The notes: generated from the letters alone by a model not told the origin. A DNA stretch of 64,000 bases from Octopus vulgaris (GCA_951406725.2 OX597815.1:159898001-159962000); one strand, 5' to 3'. Counted from the stretch's first letter, positions 51,671 to 63,882 are shown. Program-made: numbers and translations.

Positions 51671-52609
51671 GCGATGCCTATTCTTGAGTTTAAATCTACA
51701 ATAGGTCAACTTTGCCTTTACAGTCAGTAAAATATATTAGTAATGCATTAATGGATCAATAAATTTTGTACCGTGTAAAACATAATTGCCATTGTTTTAA
51801 TGTAGCACATAAAAAAATGTTCAAAAGCTGATTTCTGGGGTTTTATCAAATAAGAAGGTATATTAGAAAGTTTGAAATATTATCCTTCCTTGTAACTACA
51901 AATTACGATTCTTACTCTTGACAAGTATTCAGAAATATTTCCAAGTAATTGTCCATTTACATAAGAAACTTGGCTTCAGACTTTGTTAAGTTCAGTAGTC
52001 TCACAGGAAAATTTATTTTTTTATAGCGCTTATAATGTAATCATTCAAAAAGACATTTTGAAATTTCATTGAAAATAGGAAGTAAACCAATTTATTTTTT
52101 GTCCAAAATCTGAATAATTATGACCAAAGATAAATACAAATATCAGTGATTAATGAAGTTTTGCATTGTCTCATAGATTGCCTATAAGGCAAAAATGAAA
52201 TATTTGTTGTCAATAGAAGTTTCAAATATTTTCATTGCTAAAATAGTAAATGTCTTTCGTTTGGAAATATCCACATTTTCTGTTGAAATGAAACATTTCT
52301 TGTTGTTCAGATATCTACATATATAAATATTAACACTTTCATAACATAGGCTAACCTTACTTAGGATATATCTCCCATCAGAATTCTATTTACAAAATTT
52401 ATTACTTTAAAAATTTTTTTAAATAGACAATTATTTCAGAAAAGTTAATTTTATGAATGTTTATTATTATTGTTACAATTATCTAAACTGAAGCTATTCA
52501 AGAGAAAATTCTTTGTTTCTTGATGCAAAATCCAACAAGATATTTCTTTTTAAGTTTTGATGAAAGAACTTAAAATTGTGATTGTCGAATATTTCAGGAT
52601 ATAAATAGA

Positions 52610-52649
52610 TATATACATACATATATATAATAAATATATATATATATAA

Positions 52650-52720
<71 letters not shown>

Positions 52721-52742
52721 TATATATATATATATATATATA
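52610..52742. repeat. imperfect (TA)n microsatellite
   Basis: Direct reading. Confidence 0.95.
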
Positions 52743-52940
52743 ATGTTAATGCTAAAATAACGATTAACATATAATTGGAAGAATTTATGTATGGTTTAGA
52801 ATGTATCAAGTTTTCCATTAATCTGTTCTGATGATTTATATTGAAAGCAATCTTACCTTGAAAGAAGGAGGAAAAAATATTTGTTTGATCCAAAATAAAT
52901 CAATCTATCTATAATATAAATATACGCATATGTGTGTGTC

Positions 52941-53170
52941 AATGTGGCTTAGTGGTTAGGGTGTTGCATGTTCATGAACATGAGGTTATGGTTTAGGTCC
53001 ATGGACAGGTCAGTGTGTTGTATTTTTGAGCTAAACGCTTCATTTCACATTGCTCCAATCCACCCAATTGGTAAAAAGGAAAAATCCTATGATGAACTGA
53101 CATCCTCCCCTGAGGGGAATATATACATCACAGAATCCAGAAAACAGGCTATATAAGTCTGTTGCTTGGG
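52941..53170 (+). mobile_element. tRNA/CORE-like SINE, diverged
   Basis: TGGCTTAGTGGTTA A-box, CORE-like block, tail related to 11900-11990. Confidence 0.55.
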
Positions 53171-53187
53171 AAGGATCATTTTGATAT

Positions 53188-53592
53188 ATATTGCTATAAT
53201 GTTAAACTGTTGTATGTCCAAATTTGGCCAAATGTTTTTTGTTTTTCAAATATTTGATTTTGCTTGCAATAGCTTGTTCTTTTGGTCAAAGTGTTGTATC
53301 TCCAGTTGCTTCAGATGCGAAGATATGTAAATTGTCAAAGTGTAACACAAAGGTTTAGCATTTTTCAAAAGAATAGTAAGTCCCACATACAACAGTTTTG
53401 CAAATATATTTCTGATTGAAAATATCATACATGCATGGAGTTACGATTTTATGCACCCAACAAAGTATTATTGTTGAGCTGAAACTGTTGCTAATATAAC
53501 CAAAAAAAAAAATTGGAAAAGTGAAATTATATTTTCATTTTCTGAAAAAGCAACATTTTGAACTTATGACACTTTTGTATAATAGCAACGAT
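53188..53592. mobile_element. TA-flanked MITE (long form of 9933-10110)
   Basis: ATTGCTATAATG / TATAATAGCAACGAT termini; shared AACTGTTGTATGTCCAAATTTGGC. Confidence 0.7.
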
Positions 53593-53631
53593 ATATATGA
53601 GTATGTTTGTTTGTGTGTGTGTGTGTGTGTG

Positions 53632-53930
53632 AAGACATGGCTTAGTGGTTAGGGTGTTGCACTTATGATTGCAAGATTGTGGTTTCACTTCCAAGACCAG
53701 GCATTGTGTTGTGTTACTGAGCAAAGCACTTCATCTCATGTTGCTCAATGATCATTTCGTTATCTGACATGTGGCACATGGTGCACATGTAGAGATAATG
53801 TTGATTTGATGGAGTGAGTGAGTTTATGTGAACACAAACATTTGGTCACTATAAACAAATGATCTGTGTGGTTGTTCAGCAAGAAATTGATAAACCCTCA
53901 TACATCATATAACAATGGTAGAGTCCATGA
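53632..53930 (+). mobile_element. tRNA/CORE-like SINE with another tail
   Basis: TGGCTTAGTGGTTAGGG head, CTGAGCAAAGCACTTCATCTC CORE-like block. Confidence 0.6.
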
Positions 53931-53936
53931 TATATA

Positions 53937-54463
53937 CAGGGGATGGACAAAATAATGGAAACACCTTAAAATTTCAAGCAAATTTATTTTAATATGGAGT
54001 AGGACCACCGTTGGCAGTAATTACAGCTTGAATTCTAAGAGGTATGGACTCATACAAAGTTGGAATTGTTTTCAAAGGAATTTTTGTCCATTCTTCAGCT
54101 AAAACAGTCTCCAGTTCTTGTAGTGATGATGGCGGAGGATATCGACTCCTTACTTGTTTTTCTAAAATGCACCATAAATGTACAATAATATTGAGATCTG
54201 GGGACTGTGGTGGTCAGATATGTTCAACTTCACTAGAATGTTCCTCGTGCCATTCAGTAACAACTTTAGCTGTGTGAATTGGTGCATTATCATCCTGAAA
54301 GATTGCATTTCCCTCTGGAAACAGTTCCGCAACCATAGGATGAATTTGATCAGATAAAATGCTTAAATAGTCTTGACTATTAATTCTGCCATGAAGGGAA
54401 ACCATTGGGCCAGTGGATTTGCAAGATATAGCCCAATCAGATCATCACAGATCCTCCTCCATG
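53937..54463 (-). mobile_element. Tc1 (DD34E-type) transposon 3' half
   Basis: HGGGSVMI, FQDDNAPIH, PPQSPDLNIIVHLW, RIQAVITANGGPTPY*; terminus TA|CAGGGGATGGACAAAATAATGGAAACAC. Confidence 0.9.
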
Positions 54464-56479
54464 TCTGTGGAATGCTCAACCACTTGCACATTAATTTCAT
54501 GAGCAAGCTGTTCCATTGATTGGATCAACTTAACCCTCATCACCATAAGCAACGGAATGCCACTTATATATTATTGTCATACAGTAATACATTTCTTATA
54601 CGTGTTTCATACAATCTACCTTTTTTTTTCTCAGAAAGAAAAACATCTTTCTTGCCAAAAGAGTCAGGAACTGTTTTCCACATCTTATTTACTCTATGGG
54701 TATAAGGGTATTTTGAAAATTCCTCACAGTGGCAAGCATGTCCTGCATGGTTACAGGTTGCCCTTTGGCAAGGTATAACACCCATACCTTGCAAGGGACA
54801 GTGAAGTCATGGAACTGCAGTGTAGTGGATTGTGAAGAGGTAGTGGAATCACTCAAATGATTCAATGGTGCTTCTTAAATTGATTCCGAGTGGAGAAATC
54901 CAAGAAGATCAAGGGTCAGGATCAACAAACTGTATGAATAGAATAACTGCAATGCATCCATAGGGGCATTGTCTGTGGTTGTGTAATCAGCTAATGAAAG
55001 ATTCACTATGACTCAAACTCCCAATTCAAATTAATAATAATAGAATTGGATGGCAAAAGAGAGTCATGGGAATCTGCAAAAACACTGAAAATATTTACTC
55101 TAGCTGCTTTACTTTCGTTACAACCATTAACCATCTCTAATTTAGTCTTTTCGGTAACAGAATCTTATTACTACCTGCAGAAAAAATTCCCCATCTGAGT
55201 TCATGAACTTACATGAATACTCTTACTTCCAAATTACTTCAGTACAGGTAGTCATATCTCAAGTTCTAATTCTCTGTCAATCTGCCATGTATCACTGAAT
55301 TCATTTGCCCATGTTTCCTTTTGTGTATTACACTTATTGGTATTGCATACATTTTAGTGATCACTAACATAAACATAAAGGGATGGCCATAATAGATTAG
55401 CTTAAACCCAGCATTTACCTGGTACTTTATTTCATCAGCCTTTAAAATAATGAAAGGCTAAGATTTGAACTCAGAATATGCAGCTACATAGTTAAATATT
55501 GCAAAGCAATTTTGTCCAGCACTCTGATAATTGTACAAATTCACCACCTTGAATCCCTATCTACCTCGTTCAATTTCCTGCTTCAGTGGAAAATTAAAAG
55601 ACAACTGGCTGCTACAAAGATCACAGATCTAAGATGGCTGGTTACTATGGAGACCAAAATACTAAGAAAATGAAAATATTGTTCAATGCTGAGTGAAATG
55701 CAGCTATGCAGCAGAATGAAACCAATGCAGATAGAGGAAAATGCAATGACAGTTTTATATCTTGATTAAAAAATTTTTTTTCCAAATATAAATTCTTTCT
55801 TGCATTGACATATAAGGCCAAGGATATGTTGAGCAAGGGTCTAAATAACTGAACTAAAAGCAAGATTTGCTTTGAACTTAGAACACAAACATGGACAAAC
55901 TGCTGTGAAACATTTCATCCTGCATGCTAATAATTCTGTCAGCTAGTTGTCTTAAATAATAATAATAATAATAAATACCCTGATGCAGTACCAGGCACTG
56001 GCTCTCATGGCTTCTGATCTTAACTGATTGGAATTGTTATCATGTATATTGTTTTGTCTTGGTATAAAAGATAGGCTACAGCAAATATTCTGCTCAATAC
56101 CACAGATTTGCTTGTCAGTTGTTTTGACTTTAACCAGATCAGCATGACCTTTGCAGGCTGATGATACATGCATCTCTGATCACGAGCAGAAGTAGTGGGG
56201 GAGCATCATAGCCATGTGTTGAGAGGGATTCTTTGGGGTTTGAATAATTCACCTCTGGAAGCATGGGTGTTTCGTTCAGCATCATTAAACAACCCTTATT
56301 CAGGGACCATTTGAACGGGATAGTTTACTCAACCAGAAGAAAATTCTAACTGGGCTCCACCTGCAAGGTCATGTGCTGTTTATCTTGATATGAAATCACC
56401 ACGTCACACACATATGGTTGTGATGCATGCGCCTAGTGTACCCTTATCAGACAGGTAGTCATAATGGGTGTATAACTCA

Positions 56480-56900
56480 CTGATATTTTAGAATCCACTT
56501 GTGAGGAACCATGTTATATGCCTTCTTATAATCAATTCAAGCCATTGATAGGCTTGTCAACCTTCTCTGACATTTCCTTAAAATTGTCTTATCTATACGC
56601 ATCTGATCCTTTGTTCCTTGTGATCCCTTCCTGCAGCCATTTGCTAGCAGTTCATTTCTTTCAAAATGGTCATACAATTTCTGTCCCATTACTCCAGCGA
56701 GAAGCTTCCACATCATAGGTAAACAAGCTATTGGACTATAGCTACTGGCCATGGCATCCTTCACTGAATCCTTCTGAATTAACCCAGTTCTTTCTTTGAC
56801 CACCCATTCTGATACAATTCCTTGGTGTGCACAGCCTCGCAAAGCTTTTGTAGTTTGGGATGTAGTTTTTAAAAACCTTAAACCGAAAGCCCTAAACTAT
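56480..56900 (-). mobile_element. Dong/R4 LINE RT N-terminal part (inverted segment)
   Basis: SEWVVKERTGLIQKD, PIACLPMMWKLL, GCRKGSQGTKDQMRIDK, IDYKKAYNMVPHKW. Confidence 0.85.
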
Positions 56901-57365
56901 GTTCAGAAAGTATTAACCCTGGTTTTGACAAGAGATCATCACCAACTTAAACTATGTAGATCCAAACGAAAGGGAGGAAACCTGATTAGAGCATCAACAT
57001 TTAGGCTGTAGGTGTGATATGCTACTGAATGGGAGTTGTGGAATGGATAAAGGAAGAACTGATTAACAGGGACAGAAAAACTAGGAAGGTAATTGCTGTG
57101 AATAGGTGTCTTCATACTAGAAGTAATGCTTTACTTACTTAGGAAGGAAAGTGGAAGAGGATTGGTTAGAATACTGTGGCCATGCTGCAGCACCGCCTTT
57201 AATCGAGCAAATCGACCCCAGGACTTATACTTATTCTATCGGTCTCTTTTGGCGAACAGCTAAGTTATGGGGATGTAAACGCACCAGCATCGGTTGTCAA
57301 GCCATGTTGGGGCGGACAAACACAGACACACAAACATATATATACATACATATATATATATATAT

Positions 57366-58424
57366 GACAAAAGGCCTCTCGCTCAGAGTAAAAGGCAGAC
57401 TGTATGATGCATGTGTACGAACAGCCATGCTACATGGCAGTGAAACATGGACCGTGACTGCTGAGGACATGCGTAAGCTCGTGAGGAATGAAGCCAGTAT
57501 GCTCCGATGGATGTGTAATGTCAGTGTACTTACTCGACAGAGCGTTAGTACCTTGAGAGAAATGTTGTACCTAAGAAGCATCAGTTGTGGTGTGCAAGAG
57601 AGACGATTGCGCTGGTATGGTCATGTGGCAAGAATGGATGAAGATAGGTGTGTGAGAAAGTGCCAATCCCTAGCAGTTGAGGGAACCCGTGGAAGAGGTA
57701 GACCCAGGAAAACCTGGGACAAGGTGGTGAAGCACGACCTTCGGACGTTAGGTCTCACCATGGAAATGACTAGAGACCGAGACCTATGGAAGTATGCTGT
57801 GCGTGAGAAGACCCAGCAAGACTAGTGAAGCCATAACCCGTGGCCCCTACCTGGGACATAGTCAGTCCACCTGTGCATACCTTCCTTCTTGTGACACTTG
57901 CGAAGACCTGTTGAGGCAAGTGAAAATCAAATCAAATCAAATAAATCAAAATAGATGAACATCAATGGAATTTGTATCCTTGTGGTACCAGTGCCGGTGG
58001 CACATAAGAAATCCATCCGAACGTGACCGTAGCCAGTACCGCATCGACTGGCCTCCGTGCTGAGGGCACGTAACAAACACCATCCGAGCGTAGCCGTTCG
58101 CCAGCCTCGTCTGGCACCTGTGTCGGTGACACATAAGAAATCACCATCCGAGCGTGGCTGTCTGCCAGCCTCGTCTGGCACCTGTGTCGGTGGCACAAAA
58201 AAACACCATCCGAGCGTGGCCGTCTGCCAGCCTCGTCTGGCACCTGTGTCGGTGGCACATAAAATCACCCACTACACTCTCGGAGTGGTTGGCGTTAGGA
58301 AGGGCATCCAGCTGTAGAAACACTGCCAGATCTGACTTGCCTGGTGCAGCCTTCGGGCTTGCCAGACCCCAGTTGAACCGTCCAACCCATGCTAGCATGG
58401 AAAGCGGACGTTAAACGATGATGA

Positions 58425-58428
<4 letters not shown>
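57366..58428 (+). mobile_element. young 5'-truncated RTE LINE (ORF C-terminus to 57825, 3' UTR, (GAT)n tail)
   Basis: Uninterrupted KGRLYDACVRTAMLHGSETW...RRLRWYGHVARM...RGRGRPRKTW...TRDRDLW; CpG-rich UTR. Confidence 0.92.
58009..58263 (+). repeat. about 63-bp tandem repeat (3 similar units + 1 diverged) in the RTE 3' UTR
   Basis: CACCATCCGAGCGT..GCCAGCCTCGTCTGGCACCTGTGTCGGTG repeated. Confidence 0.9.
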
Positions 58429-58463
<35 letters not shown>

Positions 58464-59491
58464 CATATATACAATGAGCTTCTTTCAGTTTCTGTCTACC
58501 AAATCCACTCACAAAGCTTTGGTCAGCCCGAAGCTATAGTAGAAGACACTTTCCCAAGGTGCCATGCAGTGGGTTTGAGCCCAGAACCATGTGGTTCGTA
58601 AGCAAGCTACTTACCACACAGCCTCTCCTATGCTTGGTGGAATAGTGGAATATCTTATGAAGGAGATCGATTCCTTGCATGCCTATCTGAGGAACAGTGA
58701 TGAAAGGATGTTACAGGCTGTGCTGAGGGAGAAGGGAATCAATGACAATGGTGAAACCCTCCAGGAGTACAAAATAAGAACAAAATAGAGAAAAGATCAT
58801 TAACTAAAAAGAGAGAATCCTGCACAGAGAGTTTTTCCAGCAAGCATTGGATGAAGCAGATAAAGAATCCTGGTGATGGTTAAGACATGATTTATTAAAG
58901 AAGGAGACAGAAGGACTGATTTTTGCTACTCAAGAACAAGCATTATGGACCAATTCAATCAAGTGTAGTATTGATAAAAGACAACAGTATCACCTTTGTG
59001 TAGATTACGTGAAAAATCTAGTTAGACATACAATTAATTGAGGCTCAAAACTGGGCCTAAAGAATTTAATAAAAAAACAATATGTCAAAGTGGCACTGTG
59101 AATACACTGAATGTTGTTAAGGAAGTATGGGATAGAGTATTCCAAGTTCTATGATCACCAATCTTTGTCAGCAGCAGAGAATGATCAGGTGAAACTCACA
59201 TAGGATATGTGAAAATACACACTTATTTTCATAATCAATAGATTTTTTTTAATGTCTACTGCAGCATTTGGGGATATACAATAATTTTGTTGTCTGGGGA
59301 GAGTCATTTTCTTTTCATGCCTTATAATTTAACACACTCACTGGTAAAATTTCCACTTATTTCTTATTTTCCTAAAATTTTCGTGGCGTCTTGCAACCTT
59401 TTCAATAATCTTGACTCTGTCCATTATTTACACTCACATAAATAATCTTGCAATCCAAAAACGAAATACAATATTTTTGTTTTTCTGCTAG

Positions 59492-59557
59492 GATCTAAAA
59501 AAACAAGTTTCTGCTGTTTCTAAAGCAATATGCAAACGTTTATGGGAAGAACAATGA
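59492..59557 (+). CDS. candidate terminal exon (DLKKQVSAVSKAICKRLWEEQ* or GSKKTSFCCF*)
   Basis: TTTTTGTTTTTCTGCTAG acceptor only; no homology recognised. Confidence 0.2.
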   Translation, partial: DLKKQVSAVSKAICKRLWEEQ

Positions 59558-59879
59558 GATTCTTAATTGATTCCAACAACTCTGTGACTTTGTCTGTAGG
59601 TCAATTCTAATTTAATTAGTTTGCAATTTAATTTAGTTTGTAATTCAATAGAATTCTTACCATAAAATTTAAAGTTTCAAAGTAACAAGCATCAAATTTT
59701 TAGAAGATTAGTAGCCAAGGATTATGTAAATTATAGAAGAAATATTTGGAATACAGTGGATACCAATACGGAATATGTTTGAAACTGATATCATAAGAAA
59801 ATAAAAATCTTTGAAAGAATGCAAAATAACAATTTTTGTTCTTTTGGAAGAGTGGATCTTAAAGCAACTAAAGCTATAA

Positions 59880-60100
59880 ATAATCCTTTCTACTTAATGG
59901 CACCAGGCCTGAAATTTTGGAAGATGAGAACTAGTCAATTACATCGACCTTAAGATTTCACTGGTGCTTAATTTATCGATCCCAAAAGGATGAATGGAAA
60001 AGTCAACCTAGGCAGAATTTGAACTCAAAACATAGCAGCAGACAAAATACTACTAAGCATTTCCCTTGGCATTCTAATGATTCTGCCAGCTTGCCACCTT
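59880..60100 (-). mobile_element. SINE family C
   Basis: Reverse similarity to 18977-19192. Confidence 0.7.
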
Positions 60101-60460
60101 GACTAAAGCTATAACTAATAGTAAAAACTAAAAACAATGAAAACTGGAGTTGATTGGTTTGACTATAATTCTCCAAGATGGTGCCCCCAGCATGGCCACA
60201 ATCTGATGACTAAAACAAGCAAAAGAATAAATATCTTAAAAGAATGAAACATTGTTTTAAAGTAATCTCTTATCTGTGAGTGATACAGGTAAAGATGCAG
60301 GAAAGAAATAGATCCAATATCATATGTACATTGGATCCTTTTTTGTTGCATTTAAATTTAAAATATTCAAACTACTAGAGGCTGTCATAATGATGTGGAC
60401 GCCTCTGATGGGAACCCAATAAGGTTTGAAAATCGATTGAGGTTGTTAGTCATTTAAATA

Positions 60461-60622
60461 GGCACAGGAGTGGCTGTGTGGTAAGTAGCTTGCTTACCAG
60501 CCACATGGTTCTAAGTTCATTCCCACTGTGCGGCACCTTGGGCAAGTGTCTTCAACGATAGCCTTGGGCTGACCAAAAGCCTTGTAAGTGGATTTGCTAG
60601 ACAGAAACTGAAAGGAGCCCGT

Positions 60623-60663
<41 letters not shown>

Positions 60664-60864
60664 TTGTATGTGCTTGTCCCCCCCAACATCGCTTGACAAC
60701 CGATGGTGGTGTGTTTACGTCCCCGTAACTTAGCAGTTTGGCAAAAGAGACCGATAGAATAAGTACTAGGCTTACAAAGAATAAGTCCTGGAGTCGATTT
60801 GTTTGACTAAATGCAGTGCTCCAGCATGCCCACAGTCAAATGACTGAAACAAGTAAAAGAGTAA
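60461..60864 (+). mobile_element. SINE family A, full length
   Basis: Colinear with 3656-4061. Confidence 0.85.
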
Positions 60865-61022
60865 ACTCCCAACATAAAGTTGTTTGATTCATATTTAAGA
60901 GTTTTAATTTGCAAAAGGAATTTTTGTTATTGGTTGATTCACTTTTAAGGTTTCTAATTTACAAAATGAAATTTCATTCACATAAAATACTTATTAACAA
61001 ATGATTTCTTGTATTTATATAT

Positions 61023-61200
61023 GTGGATGTGTGGTAAGAAACTTGCGTCCTGACCACATGATTCCATGTTCAATCCCACTGCATGGCACCTTGGACAAGT
61101 GTCTTCTGCTATAGCCTTGTGCCAACCAAAGCCTTGTGAGTGAATTTGGTAGATGGAAACTGAAAGAAGCACATTGTATGCATACGCACACACACACACA
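61023..61200 (+). mobile_element. SINE family A head only
   Basis: Matches the family A 5' half, ends in (CA)n. Confidence 0.7.
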
Positions 61201-62604
61201 AACAAATAAATAACAAATGATGGCTAAATGTTTCTACATTACAGTTGTTTCCAACAGATTTTAAAAATAGAATAATGAGTACATTACATCATAACATAAA
61301 AAACAGCTTTCTTCAGCTGATACATGGCATTTCAAACAATATAAGAACAACACTTGACCACAGTGGACGAACTAAACCTGATTCCAGCCAAGTCTGGCTT
61401 GGAACGAGAGAGGAAAGCAAAGCTAGGTTGATATTAGTTAGTGGGTAGGGTGTACAAAAGGTTTATGGCTTCAAGGTAGCTAGTGAGCATGTTTGGAGTG
61501 GGAGAGAGAAAAGAGCCAGGCAGTCTAGTTCATTATCACAGCCTGCATGATAATGTTTGAGTTCATTAAAAATGTATCATTTTATTAGATTTTATTTTAC
61601 TTTATGACAGATGGAGATGAAATGAAGATAAAGGATACTTAAAGCAATTAAGCATTTAATAAAAGTGCAACATAACTTTACTTAAAAATTGAAGAGAAGA
61701 AGAAAATCTTAAATTGGGGTTCAGGATAATAATGGGAGATGGTGGTGACAATAATGAGAGTGGGAGATAATATTACCTAAGTGGTATAGGTGAAATTGTA
61801 TAAATGATGAAAATATAGATATAGAAGCAATAATAATTCATAATAACCAGCACAATAATAAGGATCATATATCAACTACTGAGATGTTTAGAGGTAGTTG
61901 TACACTAAACAAAACAGGATTAATATAGGAGAATAATACAATGAACTCAAAAATGATATAAAGCAGAATAAGGGGTTTATGAGAATGCTGATAATTAAAA
62001 CTAATTATCAAAGATTGGTGGTATCTTGTGCAATGATTTTCAGAGTCAGGTACAAGATCTGTAGGATACCAATAGAAATCCCAAATAGGTTATAAACAGA
62101 TATATGTATATCTAAAAGAAAGTATTTTAAATGGGTAGTGGTACTAGTGTACAACCTGTTATTCAAATTATAGAGTTCTAAGAGTAAAACAAAAAATTAT
62201 TTGATATGTATCACATAATACAAAGAGGAGAAGAGGGTGTACCAGATCAGTATCATTTGTAAGTTATCGGGTATGTAGCTATCCATTAGTTACATCTCTA
62301 GTTTGTTTTATAACTGTAATGAAGATTAATAATTAATTAAAATGTATGGGCCACTATTATATATGATTAGATCCGATGAGAAAAAAAATAAATGCTCGGT
62401 CACAGCTTAATAGAGTTAGATGATGTGTTCTTTCTTTATCACATACAACACCTATAATAGATTACAAGTATATAAATTGATTGGGGATAAAAACTAGGTG
62501 AATAGGAAAAAATTCACTAGTTGATCATACCAGTAGTTAGAGTGTACAGGCCTATATATGAAAAAATAATGAGTGTAACATTGGCTAAAAACTAAATTGA
62601 GAGG

Positions 62605-63165
62605 TTAGGTAATACCTTTAAAGTATTTAAAGGTACGGGTTACTTCATGAATACATGAAAGACAAAGGTCCAATTTATTATTAATTAAATTTTCACTATT
62701 CTCATACTTCAATATTCCCTTTATCTCCATACAGCATGGTCGGCACTCATATCTGCTGTTTGAGTATGGTTTTGCCACCCTAATTATATCCTATTTTATA
62801 CTGAATCTAACATTGTCCTTGAGCTCCCAAACTTTCATGGCTAATGATGTTCTACCAGCTCTGTGTCTCAGTTTAAAAGATGATAGATGGTTGCTTAATC
62901 TCTTTTTCAGATCTATGGTGCAACCTATATAGACATAGATGTTATCCTCTGTTGTTATTGTACACCTGAACACTACCTTTTCAGCCATACAGTGACCAGA
63001 AAGCAGGCATAAATTTTTATCCAAACAATTACATCTGGTTTTGGCCATGACACAATTGTTATTATGAATAATCCCTCCTATACCATTTTGCCTTATGGAA
63101 CACTTATAGCACCTGATATGATGATTCTATAGTCATACCTAATTCAGATTAAACAAGGGAATGTA
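62605..63165 (-). mobile_element. Penelope-like element GIY-YIG endonuclease relic (3' non-coding part may extend towards about 61200)
   Basis: CNCLDKNLCLLSGHC, VVFRC..YVYIGCT..KKRLSNHLSSF, TSLAMKVWELK, KPYSNSRYECRPCCME, SCIH. Confidence 0.85.
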
Positions 63166-63398
63166 TCACCCATCCTCGACATCTGCAGACTGAATAGCAA
63201 CATAGGTCCAACATCACCACACACACCTCCATATAATAACCATTCCTTTCTCTATTTCCATCACCATTCCCTCTACCCCACCAAATACCCACAGAAATAC
63301 CCACATAACTCAGAAATACCACACAACCTTTCACTGGTCAAAAGGATAAACATCCAAGGGTTATTGTTATTATTGCTATGTATACATGTATGTGTGTA

Positions 63399-63469
<71 letters not shown>

Positions 63470-63474
63470 GCCAT

Positions 63475-63727
63475 ATGCCCATGGGCGTAGTGGTTAAGAG
63501 CACAGGCTACTACCCCCAAGATTCCGAGTTCGATTCCAAGCAGTGACCTGAACAATGATTATAATAATAATAACATTGAAAAATACTTTAGGAATGAGAA
63601 CCCAGGTTCGAAATTACCCCAAGACAACTATCAGCCAAAACGTGTTAACAACAAACAAGATGAGGACAAATATCCATTGAATGTAGATAATGTACATAAT
63701 TCCTCATCTCTTAAATATAGAACTGTA
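63475..63727 (+). mobile_element. tRNA-headed SINE-like element
   Basis: TGGGCGTAGTGGTTA A-box, GAGTTCGATTCC B-box, internal (AAT)n; no acceptor stem. Confidence 0.55.
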
Positions 63728-63882
63728 TTGATAATAATATTTACTATGCATATTAGTGCAACAAAATCATCAGTATCAGCTACCAGTATTGGATACTTCA
63801 GTATTTTAACACCTCTAATGCATGATTGTGTAAATATATGTGCATATTTTATGTGTGTGTGTTTCTGTTTTCTTTTTTTTAG

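Larger units (their letters stand above)
57174..58633 (-). mobile_element. SINE family A hosting an RTE insertion in its microsatellite
   Basis: Tail 57174-57335, head 58470-58633; TSD-like TTGGTTAGAATA / TTGGTGGAATA. Confidence 0.8.
56945..59210 (+). mobile_element. Dong/R4 LINE post-RT region, interrupted at 57174-58633
   Basis: GGNLIRA, KEELINRDRKTRK, RKESGRGL, then LLKKETEGLIFATQEQALWTN, SPLCRL. Confidence 0.8.

Noticed and set aside
51880-52600. Decayed coding sequence on the minus strand
   Set aside because: No recognisable motifs; consistent with AT-rich background
54690-54960. Gypsy/BEL RT suggested by YRLPFG
   Set aside because: Single short motif with no neighbouring RT motifs
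57151-57825. 224-aa ORF as a host gene
   Set aside because: Chimera of Dong, antisense SINE, TA repeat and RTE C-terminus
58009-58263. CRISPR-like array
   Set aside because: Contiguous tandem units with no unique spacers, inside a LINE UTR in eukaryotic DNA
61220-61262. Hammerhead at the far end of the 62.6-kb Penelope (minus strand CTGTTGG...GAAACATTTA)
   Set aside because: Too many core mismatches and weak stems to support
63478-63550. Genuine tRNA gene (also 11700-11775)
   Set aside because: A and B boxes are present but there is no acceptor stem or T-run terminator; these are SINE heads
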